Assembly (NCBI GenBank): GCA_045590195.1
Contig: JAZNQN010000044.1
Span: 19,186 to 83,185 of the forward strand
Source of the DNA: Clostridia bacterium
Lineage (GTDB): Bacteria; Bacillota; Clostridia; UMGS1883; UMGS1540
Reading direction: 5' to 3'
Length of the DNA: 64,000 bases
Part shown: positions 1 through 9,293 of the stretch, piece after piece
How the letters are laid out: every line of letters starts with the position of its first letter
How positions within the stretch are numbered: position 1 is the first letter of the stretch
Program-made: the position numbers and the translations under genes
The notes under the pieces: model-generated
What the model was told of the DNA's origin: nothing
The model's database searches: none
The model's input: the letters and a program-made list of their open reading frames with translations, nothing else

Positions 1-495
1 GATGAAGAACAAAACAAGCTCTACATCAGAACAAACATATACAGAGATAACGGAGAATTAAAAGAAGGTAAACCTAAAACGGACGAGGGCGAAAGATGCA
101 TCATACTGCCAAAGGCAACTGCGGATATGTTAAAACAGCGAAGGCGGATATCAAAATGGATATTCCCGAACCTGACAACTCCTGGATTACCCATAGCACC
201 GGAGGCAGCCTACAGAAAAGCAAAACTGATTCTAAAAAGTCTGAATCTGCCGAACATATCCTTCCATGACCTACGACACACCTTCGCAACACATGCCATA
301 GCAAGCGGTGTAGATGCAAAAACACTATCAACGATACTTGGACATACAAACCCAAGCTTCACCCTCGACACATACACACATGTAACAACAGATATGCAAC
401 AAAAAGCATCAAATATAATAGAAATCTTTATGGAAGATATACTCGGAAAGGAGATGAAACCATGGCAAGACGAAAAAGCGGACAAGGAACAGTAA
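1..495 (+). CDS. Tyrosine recombinase / phage-type integrase, 5'-partial (ORF continues upstream of window start); C-terminal catalytic domain
   Basis: Frame 1 is open from nt 1. Contains the box II catalytic motif 'HDLRHTFATHAIASGVDAKTLSTILGHTNPSFTLDTYTHV' (R..H..R..Y tyrosine recombinase signature). Overlaps the next integrase gene by 34 nt in a different frame. Confidence 0.8.
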   Translation, partial: DEEQNKLYIRTNIYRDNGELKEGKPKTDEGERCIILPKATADMLKQRRRISKWIFPNLTTPGLPIAPEAAYRKAKLILKSLNLPNISFHDLRHTFATHAIASGVDAKTLSTILGHTNPSFTLDTYTHVTTDMQQKASNIIEIFMEDILGKEMKPWQDEKADKEQ

Positions 496-1889
496 GACTC
501 AGAAAAGATGGTCGATGGGAAGGCAGAATTGTAATCGGTTACGATGAAAATGGTCTTCCTAAGACAAAAAATGTAACAGCCAAGACAAAAACGGAATGTA
601 TTGAGAAGCTGGAAAAGCTCAAAGATGAAACAGGTTTTATCCGCAGAGAAAAAGTGCATAGCAGAATGACCTTCGGTGAATGGATGGACTTCTGGTATCA
701 GAATTACTGCAAAATGCGAATAAAGGAATCAACTCAAGAGGGCTATGAAACAAGAATATATAATCATATAATCCCCAAGATAGGAAAAATTCCCCTAAAT
801 GAATTGACTCAAAATGACCTGCAGAAATTCTACAACAGCCTTAAACAAGACGGCAGACTGAGATATCGGGATACGCTCGGCGAAGGACTGTCCGACAGGT
901 TCGTGCGAAGCTGCCATGCAAACTGCAGAACTGCACTTCAAAAGGCAACGGATGACAGACTTATAAAAAAGAATCCTGCAATAGGCTGCAAGATACCACC
1001 TAAAAAGTCAAGAGAGATGCAGGTGCTGACGCCGGATGAAATTAAAAGGTTTCTTATACAAGCAAAATATGACGGATTCTTCGAAATCTTCTTAGTAGCC
1101 TTATCTACAGGCTTACGGCGAGGAGAAGATATGGCACTAAAATGGGAAGACTTAAACCTCGATACAGGAGAACTAAAGGTGCGAAGACAAGTCAAACGGA
1201 CAAAAGGCAGATTGGTCATAACAGAGCCAAAGACAGAAGAATCGGTAAGAACGATAATACTACCCAAAAGCCTTGTAAACATCCTGAAGGAATATAAGGA
1301 AACAATAGACTCAGAGTGGATGTTCCCATCACCAAAAGTTGAAGGGATGCCAAGAGATCCCTCAGCAGTATATGGAATGATGCAGGTAATATTAGAAAGA
1401 GCAGAATGTAAAAAGCTTCGATTCCACGATCTCCGCCACACCTTCGCAACCACATCGGTAGCAAACGGAATGGACATCAAAACCTTATCCACCATCCTCG
1501 GACATGTATCAAGCAAAACAACACTTGATATATACCTGCACAGCACCGAGGAAATGAAGAAAGAAGCGGCTGAAAAGATTAACGCCCGATTCAACAAGGA
1601 TACAAACGGTAGCGAAGAAACAATCACAGAAGAACAAGAGAAGCCTCCGCAAGCCAAATTTGAGCCTAAAAAGGGCAAGATGAGAAAGCCCGGCACAGGA
1701 TGCATCAGTAAGATAAACGACCACCTATACGAAGGAAGATACTCGCCAAAGGATGACTACGGCAAACGAATGGCAAGAAACATATATGCACCGACAAGAG
1801 AAGAATGTGAAGAAAAGCTCGGCATACTGATAAAGGAAATGAAAGCCGAAATCGCAGAACAAAAAGCAAAGCTCAAAAATGCAAAATAA
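462..1889 (+). CDS. Tyrosine recombinase / integrase with N-terminal AP2-like arm-binding domain and a C-terminal repeat of that domain
   Basis: N-terminus 'RKDGRWEGRIVIGYDENGLPKTK..ECIEKLEKLK' is the Tn916/phage Int AP2-like DNA-binding type. Catalytic motif 'RFHDLRHTFATTSVANGMDIKTLSTILGHVSSKTTLDIYLHS'. The ~100-aa C-terminal tail 'LYEGRYSPKDDYGKRMARNIYAPTREECEEKLGILIKEM' is homologous to its own N-terminal domain. Confidence 0.85.
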   Translation: MARRKSGQGTVRLRKDGRWEGRIVIGYDENGLPKTKNVTAKTKTECIEKLEKLKDETGFIRREKVHSRMTFGEWMDFWYQNYCKMRIKESTQEGYETRIYNHIIPKIGKIPLNELTQNDLQKFYNSLKQDGRLRYRDTLGEGLSDRFVRSCHANCRTALQKATDDRLIKKNPAIGCKIPPKKSREMQVLTPDEIKRFLIQAKYDGFFEIFLVALSTGLRRGEDMALKWEDLNLDTGELKVRRQVKRTKGRLVITEPKTEESVRTIILPKSLVNILKEYKETIDSEWMFPSPKVEGMPRDPSAVYGMMQVILERAECKKLRFHDLRHTFATTSVANGMDIKTLSTILGHVSSKTTLDIYLHSTEEMKKEAAEKINARFNKDTNGSEETITEEQEKPPQAKFEPKKGKMRKPGTGCISKINDHLYEGRYSPKDDYGKRMARNIYAPTREECEEKLGILIKEMKAEIAEQKAKLKNAK

Positions 1890-1894
1890 CACAA

Positions 1895-1932
1895 ATGGCA
1901 CGGACATAAAAAAATCCGTGCCATAGCTTTTG
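1895..1932 (+). terminator. Rho-independent terminator after the integrase gene
   Basis: 10-bp stem atggcacgga/tccgtgccat with an A-rich loop, followed by agcttttgg. Confidence 0.5.
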
Positions 1933-2035
1933 GTGTATTAAATTTTGATACGCCTTAAACAAAGAAAAAGACTTTGTCCCACAGTTGAAGATGAAAAAAT
2001 GTGGTCAAACTCGTTTTTTTGACATTTTTTTAGAC

Positions 2036-2073
2036 AAATCAAAAACCTCAGAAACCGCTTGGTTACTGAGGTT
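2036..2073 (-). terminator. Hairpin terminator downstream of tRNA-Pro
   Basis: Stem aacctcag/ctgaggtt followed on the minus strand by a T-run (tttgattt). Confidence 0.4.
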
Positions 2074-2078
2074 TAAGG

Positions 2079-2156
<78 letters not shown>

Positions 2157-2200
2157 TATAAAATATTTGGTTTTTTCTATATTCCCGTATCTGTGGGATA

Positions 2201-2231
2201 ACATGTGGTCAAAACTTATTTGACCACATGT
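2201..2231. repeat. Perfect 13-bp-arm palindrome acatgtggtcaaa-actta-tttgaccacatgt; a related imperfect copy lies at 1999-2026 on the other side of the tRNA
   Basis: Read directly from the sequence. Both copies share the atgtggtcaaa...tttgaca core and bracket the intact tRNA-Pro. Confidence 0.6.
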
Positions 2232-2317
2232 ATTTTGTTTTTTTAGTCACCGTAAAGTGGCATTGTTAAAAGGTTTGCGGGAGTTCGGCTGATTACTAAT
2301 GAATTGAATAGTACCGT

Positions 2318-2357
2318 GTCCCGAACGATGCGCGCTACCAAACTGCGCTACACCCCG
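2318..2357 (-). pseudogene. Partial tRNA-Pro copy: 5' half through the anticodon loop only
   Basis: Reverse complement CGGGGTGTAGCGCAGTTTGGTAGCGCGCATCGTTCGGGAC matches the D-arm and anticodon arm of tRNA-Pro. It diverges immediately after the anticodon loop, with no T-arm or acceptor 3' strand. Confidence 0.7.
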
Positions 2358-2443
2358 TAACAACCTAAATTATTATAGCACAGAGAATACATAAAGTCAA
2401 ATATTTTTTTAAAGGTGCAACAATTTGTTGCACCTTTAATCAG

Positions 2444-4204
2444 TTATTCCGCAATCATATATTCGCCAATAAACAATATTTCTTCGTTTGTATTATCACG
2501 AATTACAAAAGTAAATGGTTTATCAAATTTTACTTCGATTGGCTCTGTTGGCGCAGAGGCAGCACCTGCCATCATTATTGCAGTTACAGCTGCAGCTTCA
2601 GTTCCTTTTTCGTCAACATTTATATACGTTTTATGAAGTATTTTATCTATGTACATATTAAACTCGTCTTTTTTATCAAACATCTTTTCAAATTCAGCCT
2701 CAAAGGCATCAAAGGCCTTAATTATACCGGCATTTTTCAAAATATCGTTAAGCTCTATTGATGTTTCGATTTTGAATTTCGGCACATAAAGATGAATTCT
2801 TTGACCTTTCATTCTGCCAAGACCAATAATATTTTCCAGTTCAGCTACCCTATTCTCATAATCTGTCATCATTATATACATACTTATATTTACATTATCA
2901 CGATGAAAATCGGCCACAGAGCCATCATCATTTAAAGTGTGAGTAGTACTCTCATAAGGTAACTCTATTACAGTTGTTTTATCATCAGCAAAATACATAA
3001 AATTAGCTGTGTTTTGCATAAATTCAGCTTTTGAAACTGTTCCGTCGAAATTATAAAAATTATCTTTAGAGGTTAATTCTTCTTCAAATTCATTATTCCA
3101 GTTTCCGCTGAAATATACCGCATTTATAAGTGCGGCCCAAAAATCAGCGCTATTTATAATTTCAGGAATTTTTTCGTTTGTTTTATCCGAAACCCAGTTA
3201 TTTATTGTTTTAACAGCATTTTTTCTGTCAACCTCTTTTGCCTCAGCACCATAATAGGAATACACTGTGTCTTTATATGTTCTTGAAAAATTTTTGGTGC
3301 TTTCATCCTTATTAAGCCAAATAGAATTTGCAATACTAAGCTTAACAGCTTTTGCCTCTAAATAGCTTTCAATTAAAGACTTTGCAGTTTCATTATACTG
3401 AGCTATATCATAAATTTCGGCAACTTCGCTTATTTCTTTATAAGTTTCGCCCTCTGCCCCGTTTGCTGCAAGCGCAAGAGCCATTTTAATTGAAAGCGGC
3501 GAAAACATATAGTTACTATTTTTCGGCATACCGCTATTTAAATCATCTGCAAAATAACTTTTGGCAGGTGTACCGCCAAATAGTATTCCTTCAAAATCAT
3601 TTTGTGTGTAAAGTCCCTTATCAATTAGCTTTTTATAAAGCATTTGTCCGTCAGCACATTTTGATGTAAGAGCGCTGCGGCAAAGCCTTGTTACATCACT
3701 TCTTAAAAGACTGTAATTTCCTTCAACAACGCTTTTGGTAAAATTATTGTTTATTACATCTGCAGCTTTTCCAATTTTAAGAGCGTTTTCAATTGTAACT
3801 TCAGAATATCCCATAACAGTCAATAAAATTTTTAAAAACTCTTTTCCCGTAACAGTTCTTTGCGGCTGAAAAGTAGTAGCTGATGTACCGTCAATATAGC
3901 CTGCTATGTAAAATTTTTCTATAACATCGGCCGCCCAGTGGCCTTTTACATCTTCAAACGGGAAATCGGCCATAGCTATGTCACTAAATGCTACTCCTGT
4001 TGTGCGCCAGATGAAAGTTAGCGCTTCTGCACGAGTTACCTCTCTCTCCAGTTCATAACCAATATCTGTACCCTTTAAAATGCCAAGTATTGCCATACCT
4101 TCTGCACCGGTATCAATAGGTATTTCTTCCCTTGGTAAGATTGCTGCCGAAGCAGATACGAAAAGCATTAAGGCAGCTAACAATAAAGCAAATATTTTTT
4201 TCAT
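2444..4204 (-). CDS. Secreted serpin (serine protease inhibitor) with N-terminal signal peptide and SLH-like cell-wall-anchoring repeats
   Basis: Signal peptide MKKIFALLLAALMLFVSASA. SLH-like repeats (..VTRAEALTF.., FEDVKGHWAADVIEKFYIAGYIDGTSATTFQP..VTGKEF). Serpin core from 'MFSPLSIKMALALAANGAEGETYKEI' to the C-terminal signature 'KPFTFVIRDNTNEEILFIGEYMIAE'. RBS GGAGG. Confidence 0.8.
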   Translation of the reverse strand: MKKIFALLLAALMLFVSASAAILPREEIPIDTGAEGMAILGILKGTDIGYELEREVTRAEALTFIWRTTGVAFSDIAMADFPFEDVKGHWAADVIEKFYIAGYIDGTSATTFQPQRTVTGKEFLKILLTVMGYSEVTIENALKIGKAADVINNNFTKSVVEGNYSLLRSDVTRLCRSALTSKCADGQMLYKKLIDKGLYTQNDFEGILFGGTPAKSYFADDLNSGMPKNSNYMFSPLSIKMALALAANGAEGETYKEISEVAEIYDIAQYNETAKSLIESYLEAKAVKLSIANSIWLNKDESTKNFSRTYKDTVYSYYGAEAKEVDRKNAVKTINNWVSDKTNEKIPEIINSADFWAALINAVYFSGNWNNEFEEELTSKDNFYNFDGTVSKAEFMQNTANFMYFADDKTTVIELPYESTTHTLNDDGSVADFHRDNVNISMYIMMTDYENRVAELENIIGLGRMKGQRIHLYVPKFKIETSIELNDILKNAGIIKAFDAFEAEFEKMFDKKDEFNMYIDKILHKTYINVDEKGTEAAAVTAIMMAGAASAPTEPIEVKFDKPFTFVIRDNTNEEILFIGEYMIAE

Positions 4205-4254
4205 ATTATACCTCCTTTTTCCTTTTTAGACGAGCAGTTTTAAAAAAAGTTCCA

Positions 4255-4295
4255 AAAAACCCAAAAAATCCGCCAAGGCGGATTTTTTGGGTTTA
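4255..4295 (-). terminator. Rho-independent terminator after htrA
   Basis: Stem aatccgcc-aa-ggcggatt flanked by A/T runs (cccaaaaaatccgccaaggcggattttttggg). Confidence 0.6.
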
Positions 4296-4318
4296 GGGAT
4301 ATATCTATGAAAACGTGG

Positions 4319-5638
4319 TTATTGCGCTTTTGTAGTATCTTCGCCAAGAACAACCGAAACATCCATTGCAGAGCCGTTTCTGTTGATTTTAAGAGTTATA
4401 GTGTCGCCTGCTTTGTGTGAATCGCGTATTTCATTAAGGCCTTCGGAGCTTGTAACTTCCTGTCCGTTACAGGAAATAATTATATCACCCTTCATAATTC
4501 CGGCTTTTGCAGCACCTGTTCCCTCTGTAACTTCTACAACAAAAAGTCCTTTTGCAGGGAGATTGTAATAATAAGCTTCCTGCTCGGAAACATATCTTAC
4601 TGAAAGCCCAATAAGCGGACGGCCTTTTACATAGCCAAAGTTAATAAGGTCTTCAATAATAGGTTTTGCATCACTTATTGGAATTGCAAACCCAAGGCCT
4701 TCAACCCCGCTTGAAGAAACCTTAACCGAGTTAATGCCGATAACTTCGCCAAATTCGTTAACAAGCGCTCCACCGCTGTTACCAGGATTAATTGCAGCAT
4801 CTGTCTGAATCATTTTATAGGTTCTTCTGTCAACAGTAACAGTTCTGTTAACGGCACTTATAATACCCTGAGTAAGCGAGCCTGCAAACTCAAGCCCTAG
4901 TGGATTACCGATTGCAACAACTTTTTCGCCTGCTTCAAGATTTGTGCTTTCACCAAAAACAGCCGCAGGAAGATTTGTTTCCTCTATTTTAATTACCGCA
5001 AGGTCGGTTTTTTCGTCGCCACCAATAAGTTTTGCCTCATATTCTTTTCCTGTATTTAAAACAACTTTAACCGAGGTTGCACCTGCGATTACATGGTAGT
5101 TTGTAACAATGTATCCGTTCTCTGTAAAAATAATACCTGAGCCACTACCTGATGAAACATCTGAGAAAAAGCCCTGATACTGAACTGTGCTGACAATTCC
5201 AACTACTGATGGGCCAACAAGTTTTCCAATATCAACTGTTGACAACACTTTTCTGTCGTCTTTATTATAAGTTACGGGCTGTGCATTTGTTTTGTTTTCT
5301 TCGATTTGTGAAGTTCCAAATGAAAACTGCTGCATATTTCCGTTTTGCATAAGGCCGCTGATTACAGGCGATACAAGCGAAAAAATGAGAGCTCCCATTA
5401 TTGCGCTGACCGTTGCAACAAGCCAGGTTTTGGGCTTTTTATGCTTTTTCTCTCTTTTTATATTCTGCTTATAAGAAGAAACAACCACAGGATAAACATC
5501 ACCTTTTTTAAATCTGTAAGAAGTATCTTCATCTATTGTAAAGAAAGATTGTTGATTTTCATTTTCCAATGTTTCTGCATCAAAAGCCATATTTGCTTCT
5601 TCTTCAGAAAAATTGTTGTTTTCAAAATTTTCTTGCAT
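4319..5638 (-). CDS. htrA: Membrane-anchored HtrA/DegP-family serine protease (S1C) with PDZ domain
   Basis: Trypsin-like motifs 'TNYHVI', 'DAAINPGNSGGALVN' and a C-terminal PDZ domain. N-terminal acidic cytoplasmic segment then a TM helix (WLVATVSAIMGALIFSLV). Start set at the ATG (MQENFEN) preceded by AGGAGAG rather than the upstream GTG of the ORF track. Confidence 0.85.
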   Translation of the reverse strand: MQENFENNNFSEEEANMAFDAETLENENQQSFFTIDEDTSYRFKKGDVYPVVVSSYKQNIKREKKHKKPKTWLVATVSAIMGALIFSLVSPVISGLMQNGNMQQFSFGTSQIEENKTNAQPVTYNKDDRKVLSTVDIGKLVGPSVVGIVSTVQYQGFFSDVSSGSGSGIIFTENGYIVTNYHVIAGATSVKVVLNTGKEYEAKLIGGDEKTDLAVIKIEETNLPAAVFGESTNLEAGEKVVAIGNPLGLEFAGSLTQGIISAVNRTVTVDRRTYKMIQTDAAINPGNSGGALVNEFGEVIGINSVKVSSSGVEGLGFAIPISDAKPIIEDLINFGYVKGRPLIGLSVRYVSEQEAYYYNLPAKGLFVVEVTEGTGAAKAGIMKGDIIISCNGQEVTSSEGLNEIRDSHKAGDTITLKINRNGSAMDVSVVLGEDTTKAQ

Positions 5639-5723
5639 AGTTTCTCTCCTTTGTTTTATTTGATTTAATTTTAACACTTAATTATTATCAATCTATGAAC
5701 AAACTTAAAAAAAAATTTAAAAC

Positions 5724-7139
5724 CTAGGCTTTTTTTAGTTTAAACTTAAATCTTGCCCACCTGTCTTTTTCGCTTTCAACTAAAATTTTTTCGCCGTGAT
5801 TTGCCAAAATGCTGTGAACCATAAAAAGCCCTAATCCCATACCATTTTTATCATAGCTACGAGATTTATCTGACTTATAAAATCTTTCAAACACATGGCT
5901 TATTTCCTCAGGGGTAATACCAATGCCAGAATTTTCAACAGAAATATCAACCTTTCCTCCCGAAGCTCGCAATACTTTAATTTTTATATATCCGCCTTCA
6001 AAATTAAATTTAATTGCGTTATCGATAAGGTTAGTCATAACCTGTGAAATTGCATCTTTATCGGCGAAAACAAATTCGTTTTCATTTTCAAATTCAATAT
6101 CAACATCAATTTTTTTCTCGTTAATCTGATTTTCAAATCTTAATATAGTTATTCTTACAAGCTCGTTAATATCAAAGCTTCTTGGCGAAAGCTTCATAGT
6201 GCCCGATTCAATTCTGGAAAGGTCTAAAAGTTTTCCAACAAGCCTTGCAAGACGTTTTGTTTCATCAAGAACAATTTTCAGGTATTTATCCTTATCTTCT
6301 TCTGAAATAGTTCCATCAAGAATCCCCTCAACAAAACCTGAAATTGTAGTCATAGGCGTTCTAAGTTCGTGAGAAACGTTTGAAATAAAATCAGAACGCA
6401 TATCTTCAAGGTTTTTTAAAGAATCGGTCATTTTATTAAAGTTTTCAGCAAGTTCCGCAATATCAGTATTCCCTTCTGCCCGAACTTTCAAATCAAAATT
6501 CCCTTTTGCTATTTCTTTGGAAATTTTATTCATTTCCATTATCGGCCTTGATATTCTTTTAGAGTAAAAATAAAGCATAACAACAACGCCGAAAAAAACG
6601 ATAGTTATTGTTGTAAGAAAGGTTTTAACAAAATAATACTTTTGCTGATTAACAACCGGAGATGGAACAGACAAAAAAGTTGCCCCTACAATAGAGTTAT
6701 TCCCTTTAAGAGGAATTCCAACCGTTAAATATGTCCCCTTAAAAAGGCCGTTCATATTACCAATCTGCAAAAAATCGTTACCATCTAAAACCTTTTTGGC
6801 AATTTTATCTTCAGGAACTCTGTCTCCAAAATGCTTCGATGCATTGTTGCTGGTTAACAGATTTCCATACCTGTCCATAATATACACAACGCCGTTTACT
6901 TTGCTTGCAGAATCGTTTAAGCTTTTTTTATAAAGCTTTTCAACAGTAGGCGTTCTGTTTGACAGATAAAATATCGTAAGGTCATTTATTCTTTCTGCTT
7001 CATCTCTTAAAATGTCGCCTTTTTCATTTATAAAAAAGTCGCCTAAAAAGCCAAATAAAACAGTTCCCGTAACAATTAAAAGAACAAGCGTTATAATTAC
7101 ACTTACAAATATAATTCTCGAGTAAATTGTTTTAAGCAT
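5724..7139 (-). CDS. Sensor histidine kinase (two TM helices, HAMP, HisKA, HATPase_c)
   Basis: H-box 'SHELRTPMTTI'; N, G1 and G2 boxes 'NLIDNAIKF', 'GMGLGL'; N-terminal TM helices flanking an extracytoplasmic loop. Confidence 0.85.
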   Translation of the reverse strand: MLKTIYSRIIFVSVIITLVLLIVTGTVLFGFLGDFFINEKGDILRDEAERINDLTIFYLSNRTPTVEKLYKKSLNDSASKVNGVVYIMDRYGNLLTSNNASKHFGDRVPEDKIAKKVLDGNDFLQIGNMNGLFKGTYLTVGIPLKGNNSIVGATFLSVPSPVVNQQKYYFVKTFLTTITIVFFGVVVMLYFYSKRISRPIMEMNKISKEIAKGNFDLKVRAEGNTDIAELAENFNKMTDSLKNLEDMRSDFISNVSHELRTPMTTISGFVEGILDGTISEEDKDKYLKIVLDETKRLARLVGKLLDLSRIESGTMKLSPRSFDINELVRITILRFENQINEKKIDVDIEFENENEFVFADKDAISQVMTNLIDNAIKFNFEGGYIKIKVLRASGGKVDISVENSGIGITPEEISHVFERFYKSDKSRSYDKNGMGLGLFMVHSILANHGEKILVESEKDRWARFKFKLKKA

Positions 7140-7838
7140 TTACTTCACCTCAAACTTATATCCTACTCCCCACACAGTTTTAAGCGACCAGCCTTCATCA
7201 ACGCCTTCAAGCTTTTCACGAAGCCTTTTTACATGAACATCAACCGTTCTTGAATCGCCAAAATAATCAAAATCCCAAACTTCACCCAGCAGCTGTTCTC
7301 TAGTAAAAACGCGGTTTGGATGAGATGCAAGAAAATATAAAAGCTCGAGTTCCTTTGGCGGAACATCAATTTCTTCTTCCTGAACGCGAAGCTCGTAATT
7401 GTTAAGGCTTATGTAAAGCCCGGGAAGGGAAACCTCGCCATTATCGGCTTTGTCAGCTTTATTTTCAAATCTTCTTAAAACTGCCTTTATTCTTGCAGAA
7501 AGCTCTTTTGCCTCAAAAGGCTTAACAATGTAGTCATCCGCTCCCATTTCGAGCCCTAAAACTTTGTCAAATGTTTCGCCTTTGGCAGTAAGCATAATTA
7601 TCGGAACATTACTCTCTGCCCTGATTTCTCTGCAAACTCTTATTCCATCGATTTTAGGAAGCATAATATCAAGCACTATAAGGTCAGGCGATGCTGATTT
7701 AAACTTTTCTATTGCCTCTTCGCCATCGTATGCAAACAAGGTTTCATAACCTTCTTTTTTAAGATACAAACCTATAAGGTCGCAAATATTTTTATCATCG
7801 TCAACAACCAAAATTTTCGTTTCGTTCATTAAATTCAC
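7140..7838 (-). CDS. OmpR-family response regulator (CssR/VicR-like)
   Basis: Receiver domain 'ILVVDDD...DLIVLDIMLP'; winged-helix C-terminus 'VWGVGYKF'. Confidence 0.85.
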   Translation of the reverse strand: MNLMNETKILVVDDDKNICDLIGLYLKKEGYETLFAYDGEEAIEKFKSASPDLIVLDIMLPKIDGIRVCREIRAESNVPIIMLTAKGETFDKVLGLEMGADDYIVKPFEAKELSARIKAVLRRFENKADKADNGEVSLPGLYISLNNYELRVQEEEIDVPPKELELLYFLASHPNRVFTREQLLGEVWDFDYFGDSRTVDVHVKRLREKLEGVDEGWSLKTVWGVGYKFEVK

Positions 7839-8017
7839 TCCTTTTATTTTATTCTAACATAATTTGTTAATAAAATGTAGGTGTATTTTTTAAGTAAAAG
7901 TAAATTTTTTGTAAACTACTCTATTATTATATATAAATATGCAATAAAAATCAACACATTGACAAAATTTATAAGATGTTGTAAAATTGTCGTATAATAA
8001 AAACAAAGGGGTTTTTT

Positions 8018-9112
8018 ATGAATACTATAACTTCTGAACCTAAAATAGAAAAAAAGCGTATGCTTTTTATTGATATTCTTAAAACTATCGCAATTTTCGG
8101 CGTTTTAATAATTCATTTCACACCGAGAGCTTATACTGAATATTCTCCTTATTCATTTCAGTATATATTTACTGTTTTTATAAACTGCCTGGTACGCTTT
8201 AGTGTACCTGTTTTTGTAATGTGCAGCGGTACACTTTTTCTTGATGATAACAAATCAGTTTCAGTAAGGAGTATTTATAAAAAATACATACCACGTATAG
8301 TTATAGCCCTTTTCATTTTTGCGGTAATTTACGAAGGGTTTTCAATTTGTTGTTCTTTTCTTAATACGGGCGTTTGGGATACTGCTTTTTTTGTCACTGC
8401 CTTGAAAAACCTTTTAACCTTTAACACCCATTTTCACTTGTATTATCTTTACATAATTATAATTCTTTATGCTCTTACGCCAACAATTAAATTGTTTTTA
8501 AAATCTGCCAGGAAAAGAGATATTGAATATATAATTTTGTTTATTTTTATAACAAGCATTTTTCTGCCGTTTCTCAGAAACTTTTATCCTCTCGACCGCT
8601 ATTTCGGAGGTATGACTTTTCAGTACTCTTTAAATCTTGTATACAGCCTGATTGTTTACTACATACTTGGATACTATTTAAACAAATTCCCTCCAGAAGG
8701 CAAGAAATTTATTCTTACAATTGCACTTGGTATACTTAGTGTTTTTATAACATTTTTCGGCACAACAAACCGCCTTATTGAAAGCGGCTCTCTTTCCGAA
8801 ATTTATCTGCAGGGAACTTCGCCAACTGTATTTTTTATGTCGACAGCGCTGTTCTCTTCAGCAAAAAAACTAAGCAAAAATATCAGTGAACATTCTTTTG
8901 CATCAAGAATTTTTAAATTTATTTCAAAAGTAAGCTTTACAATTTATCTTGTACACGAGTGTTTTAATATTTTGTTTGAAAAACTTGGATTTACTATTTT
9001 TTGTATGAATCCTCTTATTTCTCTCCCTCTTTTGCTCATTTCAAACACAATACTTTCATCACTTGCATATCTGATTTTAAGAAAAATTCCAGGCATTAAA
9101 AGTATTTTGTAA
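8018..9112 (+). CDS. Acyltransferase family 3 (OatA-like) integral membrane protein
   Basis: ~10 TM helices; N-terminal 'FIDILKTIAIFGVLIIHF' motif typical of Acyl_transf_3. Confidence 0.6.
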   Translation: MNTITSEPKIEKKRMLFIDILKTIAIFGVLIIHFTPRAYTEYSPYSFQYIFTVFINCLVRFSVPVFVMCSGTLFLDDNKSVSVRSIYKKYIPRIVIALFIFAVIYEGFSICCSFLNTGVWDTAFFVTALKNLLTFNTHFHLYYLYIIIILYALTPTIKLFLKSARKRDIEYIILFIFITSIFLPFLRNFYPLDRYFGGMTFQYSLNLVYSLIVYYILGYYLNKFPPEGKKFILTIALGILSVFITFFGTTNRLIESGSLSEIYLQGTSPTVFFMSTALFSSAKKLSKNISEHSFASRIFKFISKVSFTIYLVHECFNILFEKLGFTIFCMNPLISLPLLLISNTILSSLAYLILRKIPGIKSIL

Positions 9113-9293
9113 TAAAAGCAAATCTATTGACAAAATATGATATTTTTTATATAATTAAGTATATTTTTCGAAATGTGGTGATTTTATTTTTTTACCAAGA
9201 TTTAATGTAACGGTTTCTTCGTCTGTTCATAATAAGACGGCAACCGATTGCTTTTACATAAACGGTTCATGCCCGCCCGGCGGCTCAAAAATT

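Noticed and set aside
938-1907. Minus-strand ORFs (255, 82, 71, 60 aa) inside the integrase gene
   Set aside because: They are antisense to a well-supported integrase CDS and lack RBS or recognisable domains. Spurious.
2415-2636. 73-aa plus-strand ORF overlapping the 3' end of the serpin gene
   Set aside because: Antisense overlap with a strongly supported CDS; low-complexity product.
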